From assembly GCA_028023455.1 (NCBI GenBank), contig JAQFVV010000006.1:4278001-4342000 (forward strand): DNA of 64,000 nt. Reading direction: 5' to 3'. The translations under genes were made by a program, and so were the position numbers. This document shows, in pieces, positions 25,540-39,249 of this stretch (position 1 is its first letter; each line of letters starts with the position of its first letter). Source of the stretch: Epiperipatus broadwayi. Lineage: Eukaryota; Animalia; Onychophora. Under the pieces are notes generated by a model that was not told where the DNA came from, did no database searches, and saw nothing but the letters and a program-made list of their open reading frames with translations.

Positions 25540-27648
25540 AAAAAAAAAAAGACGTAACTATTATTAAAAAGAAATATGACATTATGAAATGTGTGAAAGA
25601 ATCCTAAAATTATCATCTAGTGATAAAGACTAAGGAAACAAATTATCTATTGCAATTACTATATTATCTGAATTGCCAAGTGTTTTACATGAAAAGGTAA
25701 GACATGTAATCAAATCTATCAAGAAGGAAAAAGCTCTAGAAAATGAGTTGTGTATTCAAATGCAAGCACTCAGAATACCAACAAATGAATCAATAAATAA
25801 TATGATATACAAAACTATAAATGGTAAAATGTAATTAATAGCAATAAGTTATTGATACACATAACACAGTACATATATAGTTTACTTAAAGTTCACTTCC
25901 CATGACGTGCTTAACACTCAGGCTGTTTTATGGACAGTTTCCTCCGGCCTCAGTTTCCAAAATACTTTGGCTCCATTCAGCTGCTGCTCGTGATCATGCT
26001 GTCTTCGCACTAGAGCACTGCACCATCACTTAAGCTTCTTTCAGCGACTGCCCATTAAAATCTCTCACCAGTAGTTCATTTGGTAAATCCATTGGACTGA
26101 GAAACACACTTTGCTGCCCAAAACCATTTATACATGCAGTTTGGTCTCCAGCAATTCAGAGTTCATTGTTGACTGTTATCAGTCTTGCTTTCCCATTGGT
26201 ATTTTTAAATAGTCGGTTCAACTTCTATTGTATCAAGAAATATTTGCAATTAGCAAATATTTCTTGGCATTTACCAAACGCAATTTTCTTATCACAAATT
26301 ACGTAAAGATTTTCTCTTGTCAGTTAGCGATCTAAAACAAATATATTTCTGTAATATGTTTTCCTTACTTTTTCCGGAGTACAAAAAACTTATAACTGAA
26401 TTTCGATGTACATATTTTTACAAAACACAACAAAATGATAAAATTACCATTGATATCTTAAAAAAAGCAGGTGAAGAAAATGGTAAAAACATTGGTGAAA
26501 CTATACACTGAACGAAAATATAGCAAACAATGGAAAGAATGCAGAAGTAATATTGATATTTAAAAAAAAGTGATAAAGAAGATGTTAAGAAATTACAGAG
26601 CTATCGGTCTTTTATCGAATCTATACAATATTTTTACCAAGATGATTACAACTTGTCTACAGCAAACCTTGAATTCAAACCCATTAGGGAAAAAAAACTG
26701 GATTTAAAAGTAGTTTTCGTACAGTGGATCATATTCAAATATTAAAATAAATTATAGAAAGAACCAATGAACACACATTGCCGGATTTGTAAGTGACAAA
26801 AAGGCATTTGATACTATGAACATTCCCACAGGATTACAATTTTAGACTATCAAGATATAGACCTAGGATGTTATCAGATTCTGAAGAAAAGTGATCAAAA
26901 TTCAATAGCATATCCAAAACTTTTTGTAACAATTTTACAAGAAATACTCCGTAAATTAAACTGAGAAACTAAGGGATAAAAATTCACAGATATTATCAAA
27001 ATCACCTAGATCGTGCAGTTATTTTCAGCATCAGGAAGATAAAAGGAAAAAAAGTAGGACTAAAGATAAATATTAATGTTCAACCGATTTTCTCAGCAAA
27101 GAAAATAAAGATCGATAATGATGAATTAGAAAAAAATTAAAAACTATACATTCCTAAGTCAAATAATTATATGAAAATATAATGAATGAAATTAATTATA
27201 GAATTAAATTTGGATGGAATGCTTTGGACAGAAATAACTTCACACTAGGCAACAAAAAAAATGCTTATACGTTCGGAAAAAAAAGGTTTTATTAGGTGTT
27301 TTATCAATTTGTACTTATGGATTTGAAATTTGGACACTTAACGAAAGAACAATGAAGAGACTTCAGACTACTCAACAAAGTATAAAAACATGTATATTAG
27401 GGATAACAAGGGATTGAAAATGCAATACATGAGTGAGAGAACAAAAGGGATCACTAATGTTTAACAGAATTAAGAAACTGAAATGATGTTGGGCTGGACA
27501 ATTGAAGTATTTCATTGCATTCCAAAAGATTGTAAAGACCTAGAAAAAGACCACATATGAGATAAATGGATAAAATAAAAAAAGTTCATGCAATATGAGA
27601 GACCGTCATTCTGCAGTGGAATGATAATAGTTGAAAATGATGATGATG
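25540..27648 (+). mobile_element. RTE-clade LINE, decayed, interrupted at about 25860-26280
   Basis: NAEVILIFKK, NYRAIGLLSN, DHIQILK, KKAFDT, TYGFEIWTL, RIKKLK remnants; (GAT)n tail at about 27638-27648. Confidence 0.85.
25860..26280 (-). mobile_element. BovB/RTE-like LINE 3' fragment nested in the plus-strand RTE
   Basis: ITVNNEL, LPNELL and GAVL..ED remnants in opposite orientation. Confidence 0.45.
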
Positions 27649-27653
27649 TTTTA

Positions 27654-27712
27654 CATCATCATCATCAATCATTATCAATCCACTGCCAGATGAAGGTCTC
27701 TCCAAGTTCATA
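27654..27712 (-). mobile_element. RTE 3' tail fragment, tail-to-tail with the preceding copy
   Basis: Reverse complement of gaacttggagagaccttcatc..gcagtggattgataatgattgatgatgatgatg. Confidence 0.85.
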
Positions 27713-28043
27713 CACAACATATATTTACTTAAAATATTACAATATATAAGTACAAAGCTAATGTTTCCCTTCACATCAGTTTTAAAAAGAAAAACATAAT
27801 CAAATCTTATCTTTCCTCTTTTTTAAAATCCATGTTAGCAGTTTATCTTCAAATTCAAAAACACTCTTTAGCTTAGCAATTATTTCTTGGTAAGAAAATG
27901 AGTCTTTTTTTAAATGACAGTATAAGTGTTTTAACTGATATTTCAACTTTTTATATATGATGATTAATGAACTATAAATTGTAATGTTGGTTTCAAATTT
28001 GATGTATTGTATTTTTAAATGCCAGGCGTATCTATTTACATTT

Positions 28044-28345
28044 CAGACATCACATGACCAGCATTTCCTATGCATACACAAGCTGTCGCAACAGTAACAA
28101 GCTCTACATATAGTAGTGCCATCCAGTGTGAGCCATAGTAATCAATGAATGCTAGAAGGTTTGCGCATAAAACTCCTATTAGTGCCTACTCATCCAATGT
28201 TCTCGCTGATGAAAGGCGCAAGCTAGAAACTAATCTGGTGATATCGGATGAGAAGCACTCAATATGGATATTGTGCACCACCTTTCAAGCAACCATCGAT
28301 TACTGTGGCTTCCACTGGGTAGCACTAATGTATGGAGAGTTTGTT
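28044..28345. mobile_element. Foldback family A copy
   Basis: catcacatgacc terminus; left arm to ccaatg, then inverted cassette and arm. Confidence 0.85.
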
Positions 28346-28937
28346 ACATTTCGTTTACTTTTAATAAACTTTTAATTTTAAGCTAAGCTATGACTAAATG
28401 ATTTTCTTATCGTTCTATAATGTATTGACATCACCATGTAATTAAAGAAAATGTAACTAGATAATTGCATGACTAATACTATATTAAAATGTTCTTTGAA
28501 CTTTTAAACAAGTCCCACATTCTTTATTTCTAGAGTTTATAAATTTTTGTTATTTAGCTATTGTTAGTTAGTGATAGAAGTCCCAAGTTAACCTGAATTG
28601 GACAGATAAATGATAGTATATTAGCTATAAAAGAAAAAAATTCAAGTGTAACGTAATGCAGATTTCATCACCAATGGCAAACATGTCTTAATCCTATAAA
28701 TGCTGAGATCACCTAAATCTTTACTTTTAATGTACATTAATATCCATTTCTTGACCAATCTATTTAGAGATAAGGCAAATTCTAAACTCACTTAAAAATT
28801 GAACATTGGGGCAAATACATTAACAGCTGTGCTAGAAAGTCTTTTACGCAGATGCGCTATAAAGGCATTTCAAGACTGATTATTATTCGTTTATCCGTTA
28901 CAATAGTCTTTATTAAAATACAAACAGAAATTCTTAC

Positions 28938-29068
28938 TTGGAGTGCTGCCTTTTCTTAAAAATGGGATTATTGGATTCTTTCACAGGTTTCAGCGTGATA
29001 GAAATATCCTGCGTCCTCATATTGGTCAGCTGCTGTAAGTGGGCTAATTTGATTTCTTCTAGATTATC
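28938..29068 (-). CDS. MAPKAPK5: MK5 exon (131 nt): DNLEEIKLAHLQQLTNMRTQDISITLKPVKESNNPIFKKRQHS(K), NES/NLS region
   Basis: tttttag acceptor, CAA|gtaaga donor; matches the AH..QL.NMR.QD...LKP...NNPI..KR motif. Confidence 0.94.
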
Positions 29069-30854
29069 CTAAAAAATATTCAAAAATCCTGGTTTTAAAC
29101 ATAAATATTAGTAATTAGCGACAATAAAATAGTTAATCATAGTATGATTTTAAAATGAGCAAGAGAGACGTCAAGATCAACACATATTAGCATGCACTAC
29201 AATTTATAAAGAAGCCAATTTCAACTAATAATATTCTATAAAATATAAGTCAATTACAACTATCTGTGAAAATATAGCTTGGCAGAGTAGAGTAATTGTT
29301 GTAAAGATAATATCGACTTCAGGTGAACGTATAAATAGCATTAATTCTCAAGTAGTATTCGAATTTTAGTCTTTTCGACTGTGTATTCATTACTGATTAT
29401 GTCACTTATCTTTCTCTTTTTCAAACATTAGGCAAGTTTCTAACATGATGTCTCTTTTTCCCAACAAATACAATATCTGCTCATTTGAGTTGCTGAATGA
29501 TTGGTGTCACATGACTTCTAAAGAAGCTAACCATACGATTATTACTACTTGAGCTATAAGCCAAAGTTCATCCCTAATCCAATAAAAAATTCATAGTGCT
29601 CAGTGATACCAAGATACATTACTATTAATTTTTCATTTTCGGTTGTATTTGTAATAATGAGCATAATGTTTTTAAATGTCCGTAATGTTAAAATTTAAAT
29701 AATTATCATAATTATTCCTCGATAAAGCAGCAGATTTAGCCAATCAGTGAGAGCTATGATTCTGGTGGATGATACTGAAAGGATGCTCAGCTATTTCTAA
29801 GAGAAAAGAAACTAATGCATACAGAGAAAATAATAAAAACTTTTTCGGTTGCGAATGTTGAAAACGTTTTACGTATAACAGCCAAATTCGGAATTATAAA
29901 TTAGTATACTACAAAACTCATAGGATTGACTTCATAAGAGCTGTCTTCATCAATTGTATCAGTCCCTAAACAACAGTAACCACAAATCAATTCAACGTAC
30001 AAGTTAATATGGTAAACCAAGTCTGTATCTCTAAAATTGGTTTTAATAGTCGTTTCTAATCACATTTGGATTTCTCATAGTGATTATGATATGTTGTGGG
30101 GGAACTTGTTTTCCTAAGATCAATTCAAATCCACAGTGAATGAATCCATCTTTTTTAAACCCTGCAGGTTAGTATATAGATGTCATGTCTCTACTTCCAA
30201 AAAATTATAGGTAATAAAATTAACTTAAATATACTTGTGAGGAATTAAGAAAATGCAAGATGAAAATAAATAGTTAGTAACAGTTAAGATAAGAATTTCT
30301 GATTTACACAATGTAGACCAGAGATAAAACGATAGACTCCAGAACTAAAAATAGAAATAATATACATAATGATTAATTGAACATTTAATAATAAGTATAT
30401 ATATATTTCAAAATCCAAACTTGATTATACAAAAGATATAATGTCTTAAGAAGTTTTTATTTGTAATTTCTACTCTCTAATTTAGCATTAATTCATATAT
30501 CCTGATTTGGCCCATAGGGAAACTTATTCATAGTAAGATCAAGATGATTTGTTTGAGTCAGTAATCGGTCTACTCATGGTTATGTTATCTTTTGAAGCTT
30601 TTTCCACTGCAACCAAATGCTCTTTACTCTCGGAGACTAGAACTTCTTTGAAGAACTCCTAGTATTCCGTTTTTATAACTAATCTATTCTTGTTCTTCAA
30701 ACTGACCAATCATACAAACTGCATAACACTTTAATCTAATTAGAAATGTAATTAGATTAAGCCTATTTTATAAATCTTTTAATTACATTTAAGTCCACTT
30801 CCTGTTCAATGATATGTGACTTGAAAAATAACATTAGTAAATTTTTCTACCCTC

Positions 30855-31080
30855 ACTTCTGTTAAGCCATCTAGTATAAGCTTTAGTAATCAATACATGC
30901 CAGATAGTAGGGCCTAATAAATCATTATTCAGTGATATTCTTACCCCAATATCCCCAGACTGGTTTCTAACTTATGTCTTTCATCGCTTATGAGCTTATT
31001 GGATTTTTTTTTCATACCAATGAAAATCATAAGCTAGAAACTATAATATTTGGATAGATCAGCACTGGATAACGATTTGT
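30855..31080. mobile_element. Foldback superfamily (A-prime) copy; related arm at 31940-32000
   Basis: gccatctagtataagctttagtaatcaat...ccaatatccccagactggtttctaac and an inverted aagctagaaact. Confidence 0.7.
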
Positions 31081-32883
31081 TAAGTAACCAGATGCACCAG
31101 GCCTTGTAAAGACCTGTGGTTTTTGCTTTAACAAATTTTTTTGAAAATTTAATGTATATTAAACAAAAGATTTTAAACGTGAGAATTTTATACCATTCTC
31201 AAAGACCGTTGTAACGGAGGAATCCAAAAACTCCAGGTTTTCAAAATTTTTTCTTAAGATTTAACATAAATTCAACAAAGCATTTTAATATTATATAAAT
31301 AAATTTCCAAATTTTAATAAAGCTAAGGGAAAATTTACATTTTAAAATAAACCTCTTATATTTGACAGCATGAATATAGATAGATTTATTGGAGCACTCT
31401 CTGAATAAAAACTTAAAAATTTTTTTTCCTGATTTTTCGATAGTGTCATGACTAACGGTAATAGTTTTTTTTTTTTTAGCTTTATTAATAGTTACCATTT
31501 ATTAATGTTGGAATACAAAAATGCTGGTCATTTTTGTAATATTTGTTTATTAAATATTTGTAAATTGTTTTTTAATTGGCTGCTTTAACAATTATTTTTT
31601 TAAAGATTTAATGTAAATATATTTTTTATTAAACGTTGTTAAGAATGTCTTCATCTGAACTATTTTAGGGGATTGGCAGACCATGAAAGCATGGAATGCC
31701 TTAACGCTGAATTATGAATCGGTGTTTGTGACTGTTTCTGCACCTGCTGGGATCCTTCATTGCAAAATGTATACTATATCTCTGTAGTTAAAAGCATTTG
31801 TGCAGATTTTTTTCCCAATGTTTTTTATTTAATGGTGGAATTACTTCCTTCACATAAACGTAGTAGTTGTGAATTTGACACATGACATCAGATAAACATT
31901 CATACATTCCCGAATCAGACAACAGAAAAAATAGGGATTTTATATATAAGATGCCATCGAGCATCTATTGATTAGTAAAGCTTACACTAGATGGCACAAA
32001 AGTAGTGAAATACAACATTTGCTAATGAATAGCACTATGTAAATTAAGGTTGTGAGCCATCTTAACGATTTTAAAAGAAAAAGTAGCTAATTTAATTAAT
32101 TTTCCAATTTATTCCCAGCTCGAGCCAATAGCTGTTAATAATTTATAATATTATTTACATAAAAAATCTTATTACTATTCAGCATTGCATATATATACGT
32201 AAAAGAAAACAATAGGCACATTATATATGAAAATGGTTAGATAATAATAATGGGATGATAGTTGTTTAGGAAGTCATGTGACATTCAGCGTTAAAAGTAA
32301 CAGATCGAGTTTCAATCTCTAAATCTTTAGTTTGTGAGTTTGCCATTCTATCTCTAGGCTGCAATGCATAAGTCAATGATTATTTACCTTAATTATTACT
32401 AATTATTTTTACCCTGCCTCTGAAACTTTCAAATTCTGCATTGAGAAAAATAGTAATACCAACGCATGACCATATAACTATCATCATATTGCATTAAAAG
32501 CAGTATTTCATGCTATAGTAATTACTTCAGAGGAGTATATGGTCAATGACAAGATAGAAATACTATACCTAGCTCAATCTTAGTTACTGACCTTTGTCGA
32601 CGACCATGGTTTGATTTGCCTGCATATAAGGCTGCCATCTTTTACACTATCAAAGTTCATAACTTCAGATTCAAAACCGCCATAAAGTTTTGACTTTATC
32701 TTTCTTAAACAGTTATATAGGCCATTATATTCTTATTATTTCATGTTTTATTCTATTAACAGTCGTATTCTTTTTTACTGGATGCTGGAATAGTAATTCA
32801 AACGACTCAGTAATCAAACAGAAATAAATCAGGATGAATGAAAACACTAATTACATTTACCGAATACTTCTGTTATTCTAAAA

Positions 32884-33500
32884 TATAAATCACAATCGTA
32901 CAATATGACTATTGCATAAAACAGAAACATTAAAATAATATAAAACACCCCTGCCGAGTGCTTTCAACTTGTTTTGAGTTCTTATCAAGACTGTATAAAA
33001 ATCATTAAATTCTACTATGTGATAAACTCAACTCGAACATTTCATTACATAGGTCAGGAGCAACTAATTGGAAAACTGGTTAACTTTGCATTAATAGTAC
33101 CAGAAGATTTTTTTACAGCATAGGATTCTTCGATCTTACATTTTTTTATCATGTGCTTTATACAATTTTAAGCAGCTTTCTACATTCATCAACCTATTAC
33201 TGTGCATGTATGTTGACCACAAGAGTTTAGGGTATTAACATATGAAGCACAGGATAAAAAACGTAAGATCAAGGAATCATATGCTATAAGAAATTCTTAT
33301 GGTGCTATTAATGCAAAGTTAATCAGTTTTCTGCCGATATAATGAAATGTTCGAGTTTATCGCTTAGTAGAATATAATGATTTTTATTCAGCCTTGATAA
33401 GGACTCAAATGAGTTGAAAGTGCTTGACAATAGTGTTTTATATTATTTTAATGTTTTTCTGTTTAATACAATAGTTGTATTGTTAGATTGTGATTTATAG
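32884..33500. mobile_element. Foldback MITE family G (arms about 270 bp, about 80-bp spacer)
   Basis: About 32884-33160 is the diverged reverse complement of about 33241-33500. Confidence 0.85.
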
Positions 33501-34249
33501 TCACATTTATCTAATTCTTACTTGCTATTATAAAAATTAATATTTAAATATAAATGAAAATCTACAAAGAGGATTTAATCATATGTCAAAATGAAGAGAT
33601 GGAACAAAGGGAAAACAATAAAAATTACTGTTACAGACAATCCTCCATTTCCAAACACTTCTTGGCAAATATAAAATAAAAAAATAAACTAGCAGTGCAC
33701 TTAATTATTGTTCATCTTATTCTTTGCGATAATTTATTTTTTATTCGCTAACTTTCATATTTAACTATTACGTTAACGATTAATATACATTTAAAAGGGA
33801 ATTTAATTTATGCAAACATTTTGACTTAAACAAGAAATTGAGTAATTTTTCACTTATAAAAGGACAGTCTACTTAACTTAATTATGTATGTGTAAGTTTT
33901 TAAGTTCTCAACCTAAAACAAGTTGAGCAACTATGCGATAGAGTACTAAAATCAAAGTGATACCAACTGATTATCATCGACGGTATTTAATGATTGTCTC
34001 AAGATTTGCAGCGCTGGTAATTTTCAATTATTTAGTTAAATTGTTAAACATTTTCGCAAAACGCCTTTCTAAATATATCCAAGTGTCAATTAGTATAGAA
34101 TTCATTTCAAATGGTATTACGCTTTTCTCTTTTTCAGGTTAGCGTAAGAATTGAACAAGTGATCTTTGGATTTATAATATTGAATTAAAGATAATACTCT
34201 AACTGACTGGATTATTCTGCCAAAAGCAATAGTCAATACAATTTATATA

Positions 34250-35180
34250 TGCTTATCCACATAGTCCACCTGATTTAATTTTAAGGGTGAGATTAATGAG
34301 TTGTTTCCGAACATTATGGGTTATCTTACAAAATTGATGTAATAGTGTTATTTGCTGATGTCATGTGAACAGCTTCTTGAATTTTTTTTCTTTTTACTTT
34401 CTGTTCTTTGCCTGATATTTTTGAATTTCCCAATCAAATATATATTCATTGCAACATGCATAGTCTGTTTTTCAGATCATCTGTCTTTTCTTCTCTAAAC
34501 ATTAATGTGTGTTCTTTTAATCATTTTTCGACGGGTCAGCTAGTTTCAACAATATATGTTATTCCATATTTACATAGTATTTCATGGACGCAGATCTTGC
34601 TGTTTTAGATTTTATAAAGACAAGGATTCTTTGCAACGTGATACGGCTTCGAAAAGCTTTTTTGATATTACATGGAAAGCAGATTTCCCTTAATGTCTCT
34701 GATATTCCTAATATATTTAGGTGCACTGCAATATCTATTATGGATTTTCGTTTGATGTTTATTTTTGTTGTCTTATTTAAAGTTTTGTTGAAGATAGTAA
34801 ATGGATAATTATTCTAAATGAGAGTTTGTTCTATAATGGAACTTTTTTTTTTCCGTATCGTTAATTATTGAACAAACTTCCGTTCTGTTGTTCCATACTG
34901 ATATTACAATTCCACTTTTTATGTTTCTGTTACAACTGAATAAATATGTTAAGTCATTTCCTGTAAGTGTGGATTTTTGGTATAGATTTGTGATAAGGTG
35001 ATCTTTATCATGAGCATCTAAGGATGTTGACTTTTGTTCTCGTTCATTTGGAAATTTAATTGGAGATGTGCTAATAATAGTAATTATTTCATGACCATGC
35101 AGTCCAACAACAAATATATCACTGATGTAGTGGAGCCAGACTTTCGGTCATGATGTAATAGTATTTGTGGATACGTCCCC
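34250..35180 (-). mobile_element. Penelope-like element (RT C-terminus plus GIY-YIG endonuclease), decayed
   Basis: KVWLHYISDIFVV (WLRYVDD-like), PIKF..E...L, KSTLT and YGITYIVETS...KEH remnants. Confidence 0.75.
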
Positions 35181-35819
35181 ATTAAAAAACAATTAAAACA
35201 ACACAAAACAAATGCTTTTAGCGAAACTACCTATTCCATTATAAAATTATAAAACAAACACAAAATAATAATAATAATAAGAGAGGAATTTCGCAGAGGT
35301 TTCTAAAGTAGCAGTCCATTCAATTAGAAAAATGCCAGAATATTGAGAAAAAAAAATTAGAAGAAAATTTAAAGAAACTGTTCATATAACAATAGTAAAT
35401 AACTCTATAAGTCAATTTAGTGTGATAATCTATCTTTAAAAACTGTTCATTAATGTCATTTTTACATGGAAAAGAAAATTAGACTTGCAATTAGCAGAAT
35501 AGCCTAATCGGTTTGAGTATCATCTTAAATTCCCTATTCGTGAATCTAACATTCCCATGTGAGATGGTTATTTGCGAGACCAGTATAACACTTGCACGAA
35601 AAAAGGTCTAAAAATACTATTTGAAATGTTATGTTCTATATTCCAATCTGAGTATTATTACTAACAATTGAATGTACTTTGAAAAGTAGAACAAAAGTTT
35701 GAATTTTGTAAAAAAATATTTAATAATTCAACAAGATGGCGGAAAAAGTCCATAATATAATTACGAGGCATAGGTGTGAGTTTGACTACAAGAATGAAAG
35801 TTAACAGAACTTTACTTAC

Positions 35820-35937
35820 TTTGTCTAATAACATCGACGGTGATGGTAAAATAGTGTCAGGCGCCGAATCTTGCAGCCATGGTTGTTGTAATAATTCATC
35901 TACCGATAACCGCTGTGCTGGGTCAACGTGGAGAAGC
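35820..35937 (-). CDS. MAPKAPK5: MK5 exon (118 nt): (R)LLHVDPAQRLSVDELLQQPWLQDSAPDTILPSPSMLLDK
   Basis: T15-GAG acceptor, AAA|gtaagt donor, phase 2/0; subdomain XI. Confidence 0.93.
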
Positions 35938-36429
35938 CTCAAAAAAAAAAAAAAACAATAATACTTTAAATTCTTAATGAAATAAATGCATTAAATATGT
36001 TCTGAAAACTTATTAGAATAAAATGAAATACAGCGTATAAAATAAAATATTTTTAAGAATTATTTAAAACAATAGCAAATCTTCCATGAAGAGAAGTATT
36101 GTATTCTACTACAAAACACTAATATGAGGACCATTAGAATAACATTTACATCTAAAAACCTACTACAGATATAAAACTAAAACATGGTTTACATGACTTC
36201 TGACCTTTCCTGGAATGATAATTTTTAGGGATTAAGAGTAAGTTAAAAATACACGTCACCATCAAATTAAAAGAAACCTATTCATGGGATAAATAAGAGA
36301 CTAGTATTGATATAATAAAAGGTGGGCGTTATTTACAAGTTCACTTAAATGATTCATTGGGGATCTAGTTTGTAAATTATCTTAGTAACAGGATCAAACT
36401 TGTTTGTTCCACAAATAGGTTTTATATTC

Positions 36430-36900
36430 TTAGCGTTACTTGCAATTGCAAGAAAATCAAGCCATGCATCATGTGACTTAATTTAATAAGCTTGTAATAC
36501 AAATGTTATATAATGAGCATGGATAGCTCTTAACAAGCTTTTCCAAATATCCCTTGTTAAATTAAGTCACATGATATATGACTTGACTTCTTTGCAATTA
36601 TAGTTTTGCTCGAGGCTTTGGCCATGTTATATTATTAAAGCTGTTAATATATGGTGTATCTGAACTTAGTTCGGACCCATATGGCTATTTAAGTTAGATG
36701 ACTGGATTTAGACATATAGATGTCTGAAAATTTCAGACTTTCTACTTAATAGTTAACTATTAGGTAAATGCTGGGCATAATTTGGTCTTTTTAGATCTAA
36801 TGTCTGAATATCCTAACTTCTCACTGATGAAAGCCAACAGCTAGAAACCGGTCTTGGGATATTTGGAAAAGCTTGTTAAGAGCTATTTACGTTCATTGTA
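36430..36900 (-). mobile_element. Family B element (shares internal cassette with A, different termini)
   Basis: atagctcttaacaagcttttccaaatatccc terminus present twice; reverse complement of 59895-60220. Confidence 0.8.
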
Positions 36901-37339
36901 TAAAATCTTAGCATTACATATTTTATACGCTGTAATATTATTTAAATGCTCATTAAAAATCATTAGAATTATACATATACATATATGTAAAATTAAGAGC
37001 GTGCTAATAAATATATGTGTGTATGTATACAGTTGTCCTTCACAACTCTTCAGTTTCAATAGCCCAATGTTTTAAAAAAAAATAGTAAATAAAAAATAAA
37101 ATTAAAAATGCCAAAATTTGAACTTTTAATTTGCAAGCACATCCCCTTCATGAATTAAGTCTCGGAGAGTTATTTCTTCATCTTGCATACTCAATCTCAT
37201 AATCGCCAACAAAGTGAAAGTGTTATTTTTAATCATCACAATATCACTGCTGTAAATAGTTGAATAAAAATTTGCCAAGCCTAAAAGTACGTCTATAATT
37301 ATAGAGATGAGGTAAAATAAACTGTTCAAGAAGATTAAT

Positions 37340-37580
37340 TTGGGTTCAAAACTTTAGGCAGAATTGAATGTCAGATTGTTAACTTGGGTAGCAAAATAAA
37401 GTTAAAAGCTATTGCTAGATGCATAATTGCATTAATTTAAACTTTGAATTCCAAACCTGACTGCTAAAGGCAAAAACCAGAAACCAGTTTAAGGATGGGA
37501 TTCAAATGCAATAACATATCTAGTAAAACTGATTATTTAAGTTAACAATAGATGTCACTAAAGTGGAGAACTATTCTTGT
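37340..37580 (-). mobile_element. Subfamily D arm
   Basis: gggttcaaaactttaggcag...aaaggcaaaaaccagaaaccag...atagatgtcact. Confidence 0.55.
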
Positions 37581-38008
37581 TTTCTCAATATTAATATACC
37601 ATCATACCTATTCATATATCCACACACATTTATATAATTCGACATTAATTTTCATTTTTACTGTTAGGTAACTAAAACATAGCCATATGTGCAATATTTC
37701 AGAATTTATTAAAGTCCTTGCAGTAATAAAATTCTAATAATATCACTGAAATTTTTGTTAGTACTTTATATATAAAATCTCTTGATATTTTTTCATTAGT
37801 TTATTTATTATAGGCATAATTTCTTTTTTCCTTAAAACATCTATGTATTCACAAACGTCATCATCAACATTTTATTTTTTTGTCCATCCCGATTTCGTTT
37901 TAGTGAATAATACAACCTACTCTCCCTTGCTGACAGAAATAGCTCAACCTAGTTCGATTTAGTTGAAGATAATCGCTGATGCTAAAACTTGATAGACAAG
38001 AAATGTTT

Positions 38009-38357
38009 ATGCAAATTATCCATTCTACTTGAAATCTTTTTAGCACAAAATCTTTTATTGTACATATATGTGTACACAGTCTTACATTACAACTATCCTG
38101 CAGTCTTCTTCAGAGCCACTTTTACTTTAAAAACTCTTTTATTGTACATATATGCATACACAATCTTACATTTCGACTGTCCTGCAGTCTTCATCAGTGT
38201 AACTTTTACTTTAATGTTTTTACTTTTAAAATATTTAAGTAAATGTGGCTCTGAAGAAGACAGCAGGACAGTCAAAACCTAACATTGTGTATGCATATTT
38301 TGTACAATAAAAGAATTTTTGCTAAAAAGTGTTCAAAGTAGAGTGGATAAATTGCAT
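38009..38357. mobile_element. MITE family E with an internal direct duplication of its TIR; partial copy at 54725-54830
   Basis: ctgcagtcttcttcagagccac / gtggctctgaagaagacagcag inverted pair; about 80-bp tandem copy at about 38125-38200. Confidence 0.85.
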
Positions 38358-39249
38358 TTATATAAAATGTTACAGCAAAATAAAAGAAGGGATGAAAGTG
38401 GTGAAATATGTTTATGCAGTAAAGAAAATTACGAATCTCTAACAAATGTATGTTATTGATCTGTAGTAAATGAGAATATATAAATTTTAACTTCATAAAT
38501 TCACAATTTAAGAAAATTTGGCAGAAAAAGAAAATAAGTCTTGTGCTGAGTAAACACGTTCGTACTCATGATCACGCACCTAGATTTGAATATATTTATT
38601 GTTTTGTGTTTAATAAGTTCAGAACATTAAAAAAGTTTTGGTTTTAAAACTAATATAATTAAGGTATGGATAAATTTTAAAATGTTTAAATTCTTTTATT
38701 TTTATTTTATGCTAATTATTATATTTTCTTAGCTTTATTTGCTTTTTATGGTATATTAGCTTTATGGAGCATTTCGTATTTTATCTTTTTCGTGATGAAT
38801 TAAGTTATTGTGGAAATTGCATCTTTAACATATGGTATTTTCAGTTTTGAACCAGTAAATAATTCCACCGAGGAGAGAACAATCTTTTAAAATGGGATAG
38901 GGAATGAGGAACTGTTTATCAAGCTTTCTGATAGCCGGATGATAACAGTAGATGATTTGGAGCTATGAATATCAAAACATTTTATTATACATCCATAACG
39001 GGACAGTTAGTTGGATTAATAATTGGTTAAATGTTTGGAAAGGAAATCCTAAGCTAGTCTGTAAACTTTCACTAGACCCAGATTTGAAGTCCAGATTGTG
39101 AAACATAGTAGATTAATGTTTTAATCCTATGCAATGAGGCCTTTCTACGATATACAAATATTGTAATGATCAAATTATATGTTTAAATTCATTTTAATTG
39201 ATTTGGGCACTATTCCGAAATTAAACCTCAAGAAATATATTTTAATAGA

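Noticed and set aside
30540-30680. Open frame EFFKEVLVSESKEHLVAVEK in an MK5 intron
   Set aside because: Flanking MK5 exons join without a gap; weak acceptor
37126-37329. ORF ending MQDEEITLRDLIHEGDVLAN
   Set aside because: No recognisable family, no splice context that fits MK5
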